A stretch of 64,000 nt of DNA. It comes from Ruminococcus sp. (GTDB lineage Bacteria > Bacillota > Clostridia > Oscillospirales > Ruminococcaceae). A model generated the notes under the pieces. The model was not told where the DNA came from, did not search any database, and saw only the letters and a list, made by a program, of their open reading frames with translations. How positions within the stretch are numbered: position 1 is the first letter of the stretch; the number at the start of each line of letters is the position of its first letter. The stretch is from assembly GCA_024403995.1 (NCBI GenBank), contig JAKSQT010000002.1:22149-86148 (forward strand), written 5' to 3'. The position numbers and the translations under genes are program-made. Below, in pieces: positions 1 to 9,841 of the stretch.

Positions 1-312
1 GTAAACGGCGAATTTGACCACCTCTCAAAAGGTCTTGAGGATGCTTTTTTCTGCCTGAAACCGGGCGGAAGGCTCGCTGTTATAACTTTCCACTCACTTG
101 AGGACAGGATAGTCAAGCAGAAGTTTGCGGCATGGTGCAGAGGATGTATATGTCCGCCCGATTTTCCGCAGTGTGTATGCGGTCATAAACCGGAGGGAAA
201 ACTCGTGAACCGCAAACCGCTTGAAGCAGACGCAGCCGAGCTTGAAAGCAACAACAGAAGCAGAAGTGCAAAGCTGAGAGTCATAGAAAGGTGCGGCGGA
301 AGCAATGACTGA
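1..312 (+). CDS. rsmH: 16S rRNA m4C1402 methyltransferase RsmH (3' part, truncated by window edge)
   Basis: My frame-1 translation gives [21 protein letters not shown]...[13 protein letters not shown], stop TGA at 310-312; heads the dcw cluster. Confidence 0.95.
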   Translation, partial: VNGEFDHLSKGLEDAFFCLKPGGRLAVITFHSLEDRIVKQKFAAWCRGCICPPDFPQCVCGHKPEGKLVNRKPLEADAAELESNNRSRSAKLRVIERCGGSND

Positions 313-862
313 TAACTTTGATAATTATTCTTTCGGCAGCGGAGAGACAGAAGACAGCGAAAATTCGCAGTTCGTTTACTATCCGATAGAAAAATTCAGC
401 ACTGCGGCTGAAAGTGCTGCTGAGGATTTCTTTGCTGTTGAGACCGCTGCGGCTGCAAATAAAAAAAGCCGCAGTAAAAGCAGAGCCGTTGAATCAAGAC
501 TCGGCTCAGTGCTTATGATGATATTTATTTCGATTCTTGCTGTTCTGCTGCTTGGCGGCGTTATATATTCGCTGGATAAGCGTAACACCGTTTATAATCA
601 GGTCGCCGAGCTGAAAAATGAACTGAAACTCGCAGAGGCTGAGAATGCAAGACTGCAAACCGAGCTTGACAGCGAGATGTCAGCGAAAAATGTCGAGGAT
701 TATGCCGAAAATGTGCTTGGCATGAAGAAAATAGATCCGTCACAGATAGAATATGTCAAGACACAAATGGGAGATGTTGTCAGCATTCCCGAAAAAGAGG
801 ACGGAATACTGACAAAAATAAAGAATTTTTTTGATGAATGTGTGGAATATTTCAAGGGGTAG
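305..862 (+). CDS. FtsL/DivIC-like cell division protein
   Basis: Single TM helix followed by coiled coil, [11 protein letters not shown] motif; lies between rsmH and the PBP. Confidence 0.75.
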   Translation: MTDNFDNYSFGSGETEDSENSQFVYYPIEKFSTAAESAAEDFFAVETAAAANKKSRSKSRAVESRLGSVLMMIFISILAVLLLGGVIYSLDKRNTVYNQVAELKNELKLAEAENARLQTELDSEMSAKNVEDYAENVLGMKKIDPSQIEYVKTQMGDVVSIPEKEDGILTKIKNFFDECVEYFKG

Positions 863-869
863 TAACAGT

Positions 870-896
870 ATAAATATATTATACAGTACATATGGT
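870..896 (+). promoter_or_regulatory. Putative sigmaE-type promoter upstream of the PBP gene
   Basis: ATA(870-872)-16 nt-CATATGGT(889-896) fits the sigmaE consensus ATA-N16-18-CATAnnnT; AT-rich context, so it could be chance. Confidence 0.35.
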
Positions 897-967
897 ACAT
901 GACTGCCCTTATGTCTGGAACATCGGCAGATGTTCTGCCATTAGATTTGATTTTTTCAGATGTTTTG

Positions 968-996
968 GGGCAGGGCGGTGTAACCCTGCCCTTTTT
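968..996 (+). terminator. Intrinsic terminator/attenuator hairpin just upstream of the PBP RBS
   Basis: gggcaggg-cggtgtaa-ccctgccc followed by ttttt. Confidence 0.7.
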
Positions 997-1015
997 ACAA
1001 TAAAGGAGATAGATC

Positions 1016-3388
1016 ATGGTCAATACTAATCTGTCAAAAAAAATGAAAATCAGGGGAAAGTACGTAATGACAGGTACTTTTCTTGTTTTGTTCGGAGTTG
1101 TTGTTGCTAATTTTTTCAAGATCTCAGTGCTTGATAATGCCAAATATCAGGAAATGGCAAATGATCAGCATTTCGGCTCGATAACAATTTCTGCCCACCG
1201 TGGCTCGATCTATGATGCCAAGGGTGCGGCTCTTGCCAGAAGTGCTTCGGTATATAAAGTTTTTCTCGATCCTAAGCTCTTTAAGGATGAAATGGAATCT
1301 CTTGACAAGAAGATTCTCAAAAGAAATGCCGATAAAGCAAGCGGTCAGTATGTTCCCGAATATGACGAGGACGGAAATGAGATGAATGTCCTTCCGGAAT
1401 CTACGGAAAAATTCAGGGAGCAGATCATTTCAATGCTATCTTCAAAGCTCGGAATTACCGCTGATAAGATCAGAAAGGCTATGGAGAAGGACACAATGTA
1501 CGAAGTCCTTCAGGATCAGGTCGAAAAGACCGTGGCTGACGAAATTGTGGAATTTTTCAATGAATACGGCTTCAATTCGGTCAATCAGGAGGAGGATACC
1601 AAGCGCTATTATCCTCAGAATGAGCTTGCAGCCTCTGTTATCGGCTTCACAAACAGCGACGGAGACGGCGTTTACGGCATTGAGGCTTACTATGACGATT
1701 ATCTCGCAGGCATAGACGGCTGTACCATCTCCGCTAAGGATTCGTCGGGAAGCGAACTTCCGTATAAATATGCCAAGACATATCCTGCACAGAACGGAAA
1801 TGACGTTTATCTCACCATCGATACAATGATACAGCATTATCTTGAAAAATACCTTAAAGAAATGGTCGAGGAGCATCAGGTCAAAAACCGTGGCTGTGCA
1901 ATACTTATGAATGCCAAGTCAGGCGCAGTTTACGGAATGGCGACATATCCGAGCTATGACCTGAATGAGCCACAGAAAGTTGCAGACCCTCTCGCTTTAG
2001 CAAAAATAGCTCCTCTTAAAGGAGATGCCGCTGACAAGATGACAGCGGAAGAACTTGAAAAGCAGAGGAAAAACAAGTGCGTTACAGAAATTTATGAGCC
2101 GGGTTCGGTTTTCAAGGTAATAACAAGTGCATCTGCATTTGAGGAAGACCTCATTGAACCGAATCACATTTATAATTGTATAGGCTATGTCAAGTTTTCC
2201 GGTGTTACCGAACCTGTCGGATGTCATCTCAGGACGGGACACGGTAATCAGACTTATCAGGAGGCACTCACTCATTCCTGCAACCCTGCATTTATGGAGA
2301 TAGGTCAAGCGCTTGGAATTAAACGTTTCCAGTACTATTATCATGCCTTTGGACTGAATGAGCCGACAGGTATTGATCTGCCTGCCGAGATAACCGGAAT
2401 AGGATTTAATGAAACGGACATGAGTGATTTTGACCTTGCAATGAGTTCTATTGGTCAGGCTAACACTGTTACTCCAATGGAAATGATAACTTCCTACTGT
2501 GCCGCTATAAATGGCGGTTATCTCCTTCAGCCCTATGTTGTTGACAAAGTTGTTGACGAGGACGGCAATGTTGTACTAAAAAATGAGAGAACTGTCCGCC
2601 GTCAGGTCGTTTCCGAGGATACATCAGCCAAAATGAGAGAGGCTCTTTACAATGTTGTAAAGGGTACTGACGGAAGCGGAAATGTAAGCATAAAGGGCTA
2701 TACTATCGGCGGCAAGTCAGGTACTTCCGAGCGCCGTGGTATTACAAAGAATGACCCCAAAGGCGAATACAATGATGACGAATACGGTGCTTCATTTGTA
2801 TGCTTTACACCTGCGGAAGATCCGGAGCTTATTCTTCTTGTTCTTGCCGATATGCCGGATACGGCAAACGAAGCCTATTACGGCGGTACTGTTGCTGCTC
2901 CTGTTGCAAGAAAAATTCTTACGGATGTTCTGCCTTATCTCGGATTCAGCCCGACATATACAGATGAGGAACTTAAAGAGCTTGACGTTATTATCCCGCT
3001 TCTTGAAGGTTCTGTTGATGATGCAAAGGCTACTCTTGCAGAACTTGGCGTTGAAGTTGAGGTAGTCGGCAACGGAATCGAAGTCATTGCGCAGTCTCCG
3101 ACAACAGGTTCATCAATCGCAAAGGGCGGCAAGGTATATCTCTTTACGGACAGAAGTTATCTGAATGATCCCGCATATATGGTCGAAGTTCCTGCATTTG
3201 AAGGAGTCAGCGGCGATTATGTAAGAAATAATATCCTTGATTACGGTATAAATTACGTGGCAAACGGCGCATCGATCAAAAAGGAAAATTCCTATGTTGC
3301 AAAACAGAGCATAGAAGCCGGAAAAATGGTTCTCAAAGGTACTTCTATCGAGCTTGAGATCGCAGCTAATACAGGTGAGGGCGACTGA
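1016..3388 (+). CDS. Class B penicillin-binding protein (FtsI/SpoVD family) with C-terminal PASTA domains
   Basis: RGSIYD, RYYP, YEPGSVFK (SxxK), SCN (SxN), KSG (KTG-like) motifs; AGGAG RBS. Confidence 0.92.
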   Translation: MVNTNLSKKMKIRGKYVMTGTFLVLFGVVVANFFKISVLDNAKYQEMANDQHFGSITISAHRGSIYDAKGAALARSASVYKVFLDPKLFKDEMESLDKKILKRNADKASGQYVPEYDEDGNEMNVLPESTEKFREQIISMLSSKLGITADKIRKAMEKDTMYEVLQDQVEKTVADEIVEFFNEYGFNSVNQEEDTKRYYPQNELAASVIGFTNSDGDGVYGIEAYYDDYLAGIDGCTISAKDSSGSELPYKYAKTYPAQNGNDVYLTIDTMIQHYLEKYLKEMVEEHQVKNRGCAILMNAKSGAVYGMATYPSYDLNEPQKVADPLALAKIAPLKGDAADKMTAEELEKQRKNKCVTEIYEPGSVFKVITSASAFEEDLIEPNHIYNCIGYVKFSGVTEPVGCHLRTGHGNQTYQEALTHSCNPAFMEIGQALGIKRFQYYYHAFGLNEPTGIDLPAEITGIGFNETDMSDFDLAMSSIGQANTVTPMEMITSYCAAINGGYLLQPYVVDKVVDEDGNVVLKNERTVRRQVVSEDTSAKMREALYNVVKGTDGSGNVSIKGYTIGGKSGTSERRGITKNDPKGEYNDDEYGASFVCFTPAEDPELILLVLADMPDTANEAYYGGTVAAPVARKILTDVLPYLGFSPTYTDEELKELDVIIPLLEGSVDDAKATLAELGVEVEVVGNGIEVIAQSPTTGSSIAKGGKVYLFTDRSYLNDPAYMVEVPAFEGVSGDYVRNNILDYGINYVANGASIKKENSYVAKQSIEAGKMVLKGTSIELEIAANTGEGD

Positions 3389-3409
3389 TATTTATTATGG
3401 AGGCAGTTT

Positions 3410-4843
3410 ATGAAACTTTATGAGCTTCTTGAAAATAATGCCGGAACAAGTCTCGGAAATATCGAGATATCGGCAATTACTGATGATACACGAAAGGTTG
3501 CGGAGGGATGTCTGTTCGTCTGCGTAAAGGGCGGCAGTTTTGACGGTCACTCTGCGGCTGCCGAAATGCTTGAAAAGGGTGCGGCAGCTGTAGTTGTTGA
3601 GCATGACCTTGGTCTCGGCGATAAACAGATAATCACCGCAAATTCACGAAAGCTTTACGGACAGCTTTGTTCGGCATGGTTCGGACATCCTGAAAGAAAA
3701 CTCCGTATGATAGGTGTTACGGGCACGAACGGCAAGACCACCATTACCAGCGTTATCAAGCATATCCTCATGGCAAACGGTCATAAGACAGGTCTTGTCG
3801 GCACTATTCAGAATGAGATAGGCGATGAAATAATCCACACCGAAAATACCACGCCTATGACTTTTGAGTTTGTGGGACTGCTTGACAGAATGGTGAAGGC
3901 AGGCTGCGAGTTCGTTGTCATGGAGGTATCTTCGTTTGGTCTGTGCCAGTACAGAATTGGCTCGTCATGGTTCGAGACTGCTGTGTTTACCAATCTCACG
4001 CAGGATCACCTTGACTACCACAAGACTATGGAGGAATACTATCAGGCTAAGAAAATGCTGTTCGATATCTGTGACTGTGCGATAGTCAATACTGATGATG
4101 ACTACGGCAGACGGCTTTTCGGCGAGATAAGCTGCAAAAAGCTTGGTTTCAGCGTTAAGGAAAAGGCCGATTTTTATGCTGACAGTATTTCTATCAAATC
4201 AACAGGTTCAAAGTTCACACTTTGTACCAATAGCGGAAATTATGCGGTAAGCAGCCGTATCCCCGGTATGTTCAATGTATCGAATCTGACTGCGGCTGTG
4301 GCTGTATGTCTCAGGTGCGGAATTGCTGCGGAGGATATCCTCTCTGCTATCGCCGCATACAACGGCGTTAAGGGCAGATGCGAGATAATCCCGACAAACC
4401 GTGATTTCACCGTTATCTGCGACTATGCACATACTCCTGATGCAATTGAGAATATCCTCAGAAGCGTTAAGGAATATACAGAAAACCGCCTTATCTGTCT
4501 TTTTGGCTGCGGAGGAAACCGTGATGCAGCAAAGCGCCCGAAAATGGCTGCGGCTGCGGCTGAATATGCAGACAAGCTTATTATTACCTCGGATAATCCG
4601 AGAAACGAAGACCCCGGACAGATAATCAGCGAGATACTCACAGGTCTGGAAAATTCAGATGTGCCGTATGATGTGGTGACGGACAGACGTGAGGCTATAT
4701 ATCATGCCTTGAAAATTGCTGAAAAAGGTGATATAATAGTTCTTGCCGGCAAGGGACATGAGGATTATCAGGTTCTTGCAGGTATGCAGCGTGTTCATTT
4801 TGATGAACGTGAGGTCGTTGCTGACGGCTTGAAATTGCTTTGA
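3410..4843 (+). CDS. murE: UDP-MurNAc-tripeptide synthetase MurE (meso-DAP type)
   Basis: GVTGTNGKTT, VMEVSS, NLTQDHLDYH, DYAHTPD and DNPR motifs. Confidence 0.95.
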   Translation: MKLYELLENNAGTSLGNIEISAITDDTRKVAEGCLFVCVKGGSFDGHSAAAEMLEKGAAAVVVEHDLGLGDKQIITANSRKLYGQLCSAWFGHPERKLRMIGVTGTNGKTTITSVIKHILMANGHKTGLVGTIQNEIGDEIIHTENTTPMTFEFVGLLDRMVKAGCEFVVMEVSSFGLCQYRIGSSWFETAVFTNLTQDHLDYHKTMEEYYQAKKMLFDICDCAIVNTDDDYGRRLFGEISCKKLGFSVKEKADFYADSISIKSTGSKFTLCTNSGNYAVSSRIPGMFNVSNLTAAVAVCLRCGIAAEDILSAIAAYNGVKGRCEIIPTNRDFTVICDYAHTPDAIENILRSVKEYTENRLICLFGCGGNRDAAKRPKMAAAAAEYADKLIITSDNPRNEDPGQIISEILTGLENSDVPYDVVTDRREAIYHALKIAEKGDIIVLAGKGHEDYQVLAGMQRVHFDEREVVADGLKLL

Positions 4844-4850
4844 TATTTCT

Positions 4851-4865
4851 TAAGGCAACACCGCA
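4851..4865 (+). repeat. Isolated 15-bp end fragment of repeat family A
   Basis: taaggcaacaccgca is identical to the left end of the copies at 27995 and 37853. Confidence 0.5.
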
Positions 4866-4965
4866 TAATATTGTGGGGGCAGGAATGCCGTCCGCAGTTG
4901 TATGCCTCGGATCGACCGATGCTTTTATTGCTATATTAAAAATACACAGGAGTTGTAAGAATAAA

Positions 4966-5997
4966 ATGTCATTCTGGATAATAAATTTGCTTATTGCACT
5001 TCTTTCATTCGTAATCGCAGGAGTTTCGGGCATATTTCTTGTGCCCTTCCTCCATAAGATAAAATTCGGTCAGCCGATAAAGACCGAGGACGGCCCTAAA
5101 TGGCACGCAAAAAAACAGGGCACACCGACTATGGGCGGCTTCATGTTCATAATCTCCACAGTCATCACTGCTATTGCAGGCTACTGGATATACCGCCTGA
5201 GAACAGGCATAGATACAACAGACAAGGCAAGCTTTAAGCCGTTCTATCAGCTTATGAGCGTTATTGTTTTCTCTGCACTTTTCGGACTTATCGGCTTTAT
5301 CGATGACTACCTCAAAGTCGCAAGAAAGCATAATGACGGCCTTTCCGCAATCCAGAAAATCATTTTTCAGCTTGTGGTCTCGGTCGGCTTCCTATTTGCA
5401 ATATATAAATTCGGCGACGGCTCGACCTGCCTCGACCTTGGTTTCTGGGTCAGCCCTTCACTTGGAATATTCTATTATATTTTAATGGTGCCCGTGATAA
5501 TCTACCTCACAAATGCCGTAAATCTTACTGACGGCGTTGACGGCCTTTGCGGTTCGGTAACATTTGTTGCGATGCTTATTTTCACGGTATGCTGCTCAAT
5601 TCTCAAACAGAATGAGCTTTCGTGCTTCACTATGGCACTTGCAGGCGGCTGTCTCGGTTTCCTTATCTGGAATTTCAACCCTGCAAAGTGTTTCATGGGC
5701 GATACAGGCTCAATGTTCCTCGGTGCAGCCGTTACAGGTGTAGGTCTTGTGCTCCACAGACATATTCTGCTGCTCCTTGTTGCTCTCGTTTACGTTATCG
5801 AGGCACTCTCAGTGCTCATTCAGCGCTACTACTTCAAATACACAAGAATGAAAACAGGCGAGGGAAAGCGCCTTTTCAAGATGACTCCTATCCACCATCA
5901 CTTCGAGATGAGCGGTTTCAGCGAATATAAAATTGTCATCACTTTCTCGGTTACAGGTATTATTTTCGGTGTTCTGGGAATAATTACAATATTATAA
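4966..5997 (+). CDS. mraY: Phospho-N-acetylmuramoyl-pentapeptide transferase
   Basis: KQGTPTMGG, GFIDDY, NAVNLTDGVDGL, FMGDTGS, PIHHHFE; start moved to ATG 4966 downstream of AGGAG. Confidence 0.95.
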   Translation: MSFWIINLLIALLSFVIAGVSGIFLVPFLHKIKFGQPIKTEDGPKWHAKKQGTPTMGGFMFIISTVITAIAGYWIYRLRTGIDTTDKASFKPFYQLMSVIVFSALFGLIGFIDDYLKVARKHNDGLSAIQKIIFQLVVSVGFLFAIYKFGDGSTCLDLGFWVSPSLGIFYYILMVPVIIYLTNAVNLTDGVDGLCGSVTFVAMLIFTVCCSILKQNELSCFTMALAGGCLGFLIWNFNPAKCFMGDTGSMFLGAAVTGVGLVLHRHILLLLVALVYVIEALSVLIQRYYFKYTRMKTGEGKRLFKMTPIHHHFEMSGFSEYKIVITFSVTGIIFGVLGIITIL

Positions 5998-6031
5998 TAA
6001 GTATGTGTAAGGATAAAAGAAGGAGGATACA

Positions 6032-7297
6032 ATGTCTGACCGTAAAAAAAGAAAAAAGCGTTCAGCGCCTTCACTATGGAAGGCATTCGTCGGCGACGGA
6101 AAAAACGGTGATATAAGTCTTTCGTTTTTTGCGTATGTAATGATACTTATTGTTGTCGGCATCGTTATGATGTCGTCTGCAAGTTATGCATGGGCTTATG
6201 AGGATATGGGCGGAGACGGTCTGTATTATGCCAAGAGTCAGGGCAAAAATGCTCTTATCGGCTTTGCGGCTATGATATTCTTCACCAAAATGGACTATCA
6301 CAACTTTAAAAGCCTTAAACTGCCTTTCCTGAAAAAGTTCAATATCGCAGGCGTTCTTTATGTTACTGCGGCTGTACTTCTTGTTCTTGTCCTTGCTATA
6401 GGTAACGATGAGGGCGGTTCAATGGGTGCGAGAAGATGGCTTACAGTCGGCCCTCTTGACTTCCAGCCTTCCGAGGTCGCCAAGCTTGCCATTATCGTAT
6501 TCTTTGCATACAGCATGGAACGTGACGGGCAAAAAATGGATACTTTCAAAACAGGCATCCTGAAATACGGTATCCTCATGGGCGTTTATGTATTTCTCCT
6601 CTATAAAGAGCCGCATATGTCCGGTCTTATCCTTGTCGGCTGCATCTCGGTCGCAATGATACTCTGCGGAGGCGCAAATATCAAGCAGTTCCTTCTGCTC
6701 GGCATTTCTTCCGTAGCCGCTGCCGCAAGTGTTATTATCTATCAGGCTAATGTTCCCGGAAGTTATATCGCTGTACGTCTCAAGTCATGGCAGGATCCGT
6801 TTGCTGATGTCCTCAACGACACATGGCAGACTGTAAACTCACTTATAGCTATCGGTTCAGGCGGACTTTTCGGTCTCGGTCTCGGCAACTCACGCCAGAA
6901 GTACCTCTACCTTCCTGAGACAAAGAACGACTTCGTTTTCCCTATCGTATGCGAAGAGCTCGGCTTTGTCGGCGCTCTTGCCATTATAATAGTTTTCTTC
7001 CTTCTCATTGTAGAGGGTTACTCAATAGCTGTCCGCTGCAAAGACCGTTTCGGTATGCTTATCGGTGTAGGCATCACTACCCAGATAGGTATCCAGACAG
7101 TTCTCAATCTTGCGGTTGTAAGCAATCTTATACCGAATACAGGTATCAGTCTGCCGTTTTTCAGCTACGGCGGTACTGCGCTTATCATGCAGATGGCGGA
7201 AATGGGCATAATGCTGAATATCTCACAGCAGAGATATTATCCTCCTGAAAAGGAAACAGAAGTGAAAGATAACAATATAAAGGAGCAGGTCGTATGA
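6032..7297 (+). CDS. ftsW: SEDS family glycosyltransferase FtsW/SpoVE
   Basis: GARRW, FQPSEVAK, YLPETKNDFVF, GISLPFFSYGGT. Confidence 0.9.
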   Translation: MSDRKKRKKRSAPSLWKAFVGDGKNGDISLSFFAYVMILIVVGIVMMSSASYAWAYEDMGGDGLYYAKSQGKNALIGFAAMIFFTKMDYHNFKSLKLPFLKKFNIAGVLYVTAAVLLVLVLAIGNDEGGSMGARRWLTVGPLDFQPSEVAKLAIIVFFAYSMERDGQKMDTFKTGILKYGILMGVYVFLLYKEPHMSGLILVGCISVAMILCGGANIKQFLLLGISSVAAAASVIIYQANVPGSYIAVRLKSWQDPFADVLNDTWQTVNSLIAIGSGGLFGLGLGNSRQKYLYLPETKNDFVFPIVCEELGFVGALAIIIVFFLLIVEGYSIAVRCKDRFGMLIGVGITTQIGIQTVLNLAVVSNLIPNTGISLPFFSYGGTALIMQMAEMGIMLNISQQRYYPPEKETEVKDNNIKEQVV

Positions 7298-8427
7298 AAG
7301 TTCTTATTGCCTGCGGTGGTACAGGCGGTCACATAAATCCCGGTCTTGCCATCGCCGATATGATAAAAAACAAGTATCCCGATGCGGAATTTCTCTTTGC
7401 AGGTACTCCGAAGGGCATGGAGGCTAAACTTGTGCCTGCCGCAGGATACAGACTCGAAACAATCAAGGTCGCAGGTTTTCAGCGTAAGATATCACTTGAA
7501 AATATCGGCAGAAATATCAAGGCTGCTGCATATCTTGCAGCTTCAGGCAGACGTGCAAAGCAGATAATTTCTGAATTCAAGCCTGATATCGCTATCGGTA
7601 CAGGCGGTTATGCCGCAGGCCCTGTTATCAGAAAAGCCGCACGTATGGGCATCCCGACTGCTATTCATGAGCAGAACGCTTACCCGGGTGTGACAAATAA
7701 GCTTCTTGCCAAAGAGGTCGATTATGTAATGCTGACTGTTAAAGAGGCGCTCAAATACATGGATAAGAGTAAATTCGAGTACAGCGTGACAGGTCTCCCT
7801 GTAAGAAGCAATATCAATACCATGACCAAGGCTGAGGCAAGAAAAAAGCTCGGTTTTGATGACAGCTTTACTGTTCTGTCATTCGGCGGAAGTCTTGGTG
7901 CAGGCTGCATCAACGAAAGCATGGAGTATGTCATCAAGGATAACTACCTCCACGACAGAAAGATAAATCATATCCACGGCTACGGCGGAATGGGCAGAGA
8001 CAGCTTTCCGCAGAGCATGAAGGGCGCAGAAGTTCCGCTGAAAAGCAAGCGCCTGAGAATTACCGAATACATAAATGATATGGACGTTTGCCTTGCAGCG
8101 GCTGACCTTGTTATTTGCCGCAGCGGTGCATCAACGCTTGCAGAGCTTGAAGCGGCAGGAAGGGCATCTATCCTTATTCCGTCTCCTATCGTTGCAGGAA
8201 ATCACCAGTACCATAATGCCATGGTCCTCGGCAAGGCAGGTGCGGCTGTTGTTATTGAACAGAAAAATGTCACCAGCCAGAAGATACTTGAAGAAGTACT
8301 GAAACTGAGCGAGGATCCTGAAATGAGTCAGAAAATGTCGGATAATGCGGCAAAGCTTTTCCTCACTGATACTAATGAGCGTATCCTTGAGGTCGTTGAC
8401 AAACTCATAAAGAAAAAATCAAAGTAA
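7294..8427 (+). CDS. murG: Lipid II GlcNAc transferase MurG
   Basis: GGTGGHINP, HEQN, GGSLGA, RSGAST. Confidence 0.96.
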   Translation: MKVLIACGGTGGHINPGLAIADMIKNKYPDAEFLFAGTPKGMEAKLVPAAGYRLETIKVAGFQRKISLENIGRNIKAAAYLAASGRRAKQIISEFKPDIAIGTGGYAAGPVIRKAARMGIPTAIHEQNAYPGVTNKLLAKEVDYVMLTVKEALKYMDKSKFEYSVTGLPVRSNINTMTKAEARKKLGFDDSFTVLSFGGSLGAGCINESMEYVIKDNYLHDRKINHIHGYGGMGRDSFPQSMKGAEVPLKSKRLRITEYINDMDVCLAAADLVICRSGASTLAELEAAGRASILIPSPIVAGNHQYHNAMVLGKAGAAVVIEQKNVTSQKILEEVLKLSEDPEMSQKMSDNAAKLFLTDTNERILEVVDKLIKKKSK

Positions 8428-8456
8428 CATACCACCGCCGAACAGCATAATATACA

Positions 8457-8512
8457 GGGCAACTCTAAAAACACTTCTGAGAAAATGTAGCTGTGCACAG
8501 CATCTGCTGCGT
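8457..8512 (+). repeat. Degenerate left half of repeat family B
   Basis: gggcaactctaaaaacacttctgagaaaatgtagctgtgcacagcatctgctgcgt aligns without gaps to the left arm of the element at 40491 onward. Confidence 0.75.
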
Positions 8513-8555
8513 TGCCTCAGATGTGTCCTGCACAAAAATGATGTGAGGTGGTTTT

Positions 8556-9827
8556 ATGCAGAAATTTATCGTCAGGGGAGGCAGAAGGCTCAGCGGTGAG
8601 CTTGAACTGCAAGGGTGTAAGAACAGCTCGCTCCCCATTCTTGCGGCTTCATTGCTGTGCGGCGGGGAGTGCGTTCTCATGAACTGCCCGAAGCTTACAG
8701 ATGTGTTCGCCGCTCTGAGAATCCTCGGCTGTACGGGCTGCAAATGTACGTTTTCAGACAATACAGCTGCCGTGGATTCAAAAGACATAACAAGAAACGA
8801 AATTCCAGAGGAGCTTATGCGTGAAATGCGCTCCTCTATAATATTTATGGGGGCTATGCTCGGACGGTGCGGAGAATGTACCGTGAGTGTTCCGGGCGGC
8901 TGTGAACTTGGCCCACGTCCTATCGATATGCATATTTCCGCTCTCAGACGCATGGGTGCGGATATCCGTGAGGACGGCGGAAAAATTATTTGCCGACGTA
9001 TGGGCGAAAAACTTCACGGCGCTAAGATATCGCTTGCTTTCCCGTCGGTCGGTGCTACCGAGAATATCATTCTCTGCGCTGTGACCGCTGACGGCGAAAC
9101 GGTAATAAACAATGCCGCACGAGAGCCTGAAATTTGCGATCTGTGCGGATTTCTCAGAAAATGCGGCGCTGATATCTCAGGTGACGGAGAAAGCAGAATC
9201 GTCATAAAAGGCGTGAATGCACTGCATGGCTGCGAATACCGCATCATGCCGGACAGAATCGCAGGTGCAACATATCTCTCAATGACTGCGGCTGCCGGCG
9301 GAGAAATAATACTTAGAAATGCGTGTGTCCCGGATTTAGAGCCGTTTCTCTCGGTTCTTGAACAGACGGGATGCAGTATATACACATCGAGCAGAGACAG
9401 GGTATACCTCAGAAGCGGTTCACGCCTGAAAGCTGTCCGTGACAGGATAAGAACCATGCCCCACCCCGGATTCCCGACAGATGCACAGGCTGTACTTATG
9501 GCTGCGCTGCTCTGTGCGGACGGTACGAGCGTTTTCGAGGAGAATATCTTCGACTGCCGCTATCGGCATACCGATGCTTTCATAAAAATGGGTGCGGATA
9601 TTCAGGTTGTGGGGAAAATTGCCGTGGTAAAGGGTGTCAGGTCACTTCACGGCGCTGCTGTTGATGCAACTGACCTGCGTGGCGGTGCGGCAATGATCTC
9701 GGCAGCACTTTCAGCAGAAGGCATGACAGAGATCGGAAGAATATGCCATATCGACAGAGGATATGAGAAAATAGAGGAAACTGTAAGACTTCTCGGCGGC
9801 GATATGCAGAGAGTCGTTAAGGACTGA
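8556..9827 (+). CDS. murA: UDP-N-acetylglucosamine 1-carboxyvinyltransferase
   Basis: KNS, PGGCELGPRPIDMH, SVGATEN, PGFPTDAQ, ATDLRGGA, HIDRGYE. Confidence 0.95.
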   Translation: MQKFIVRGGRRLSGELELQGCKNSSLPILAASLLCGGECVLMNCPKLTDVFAALRILGCTGCKCTFSDNTAAVDSKDITRNEIPEELMREMRSSIIFMGAMLGRCGECTVSVPGGCELGPRPIDMHISALRRMGADIREDGGKIICRRMGEKLHGAKISLAFPSVGATENIILCAVTADGETVINNAAREPEICDLCGFLRKCGADISGDGESRIVIKGVNALHGCEYRIMPDRIAGATYLSMTAAAGGEIILRNACVPDLEPFLSVLEQTGCSIYTSSRDRVYLRSGSRLKAVRDRIRTMPHPGFPTDAQAVLMAALLCADGTSVFEENIFDCRYRHTDAFIKMGADIQVVGKIAVVKGVRSLHGAAVDATDLRGGAAMISAALSAEGMTEIGRICHIDRGYEKIEETVRLLGGDMQRVVKD

Positions 9828-9841
9828 TTTGGAGCAATAAT

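Noticed and set aside
4840-4965. N-terminal extension of MraY in the ORF track
   Set aside because: Non-homologous sequence through an intergenic hairpin; better start with RBS at 4966
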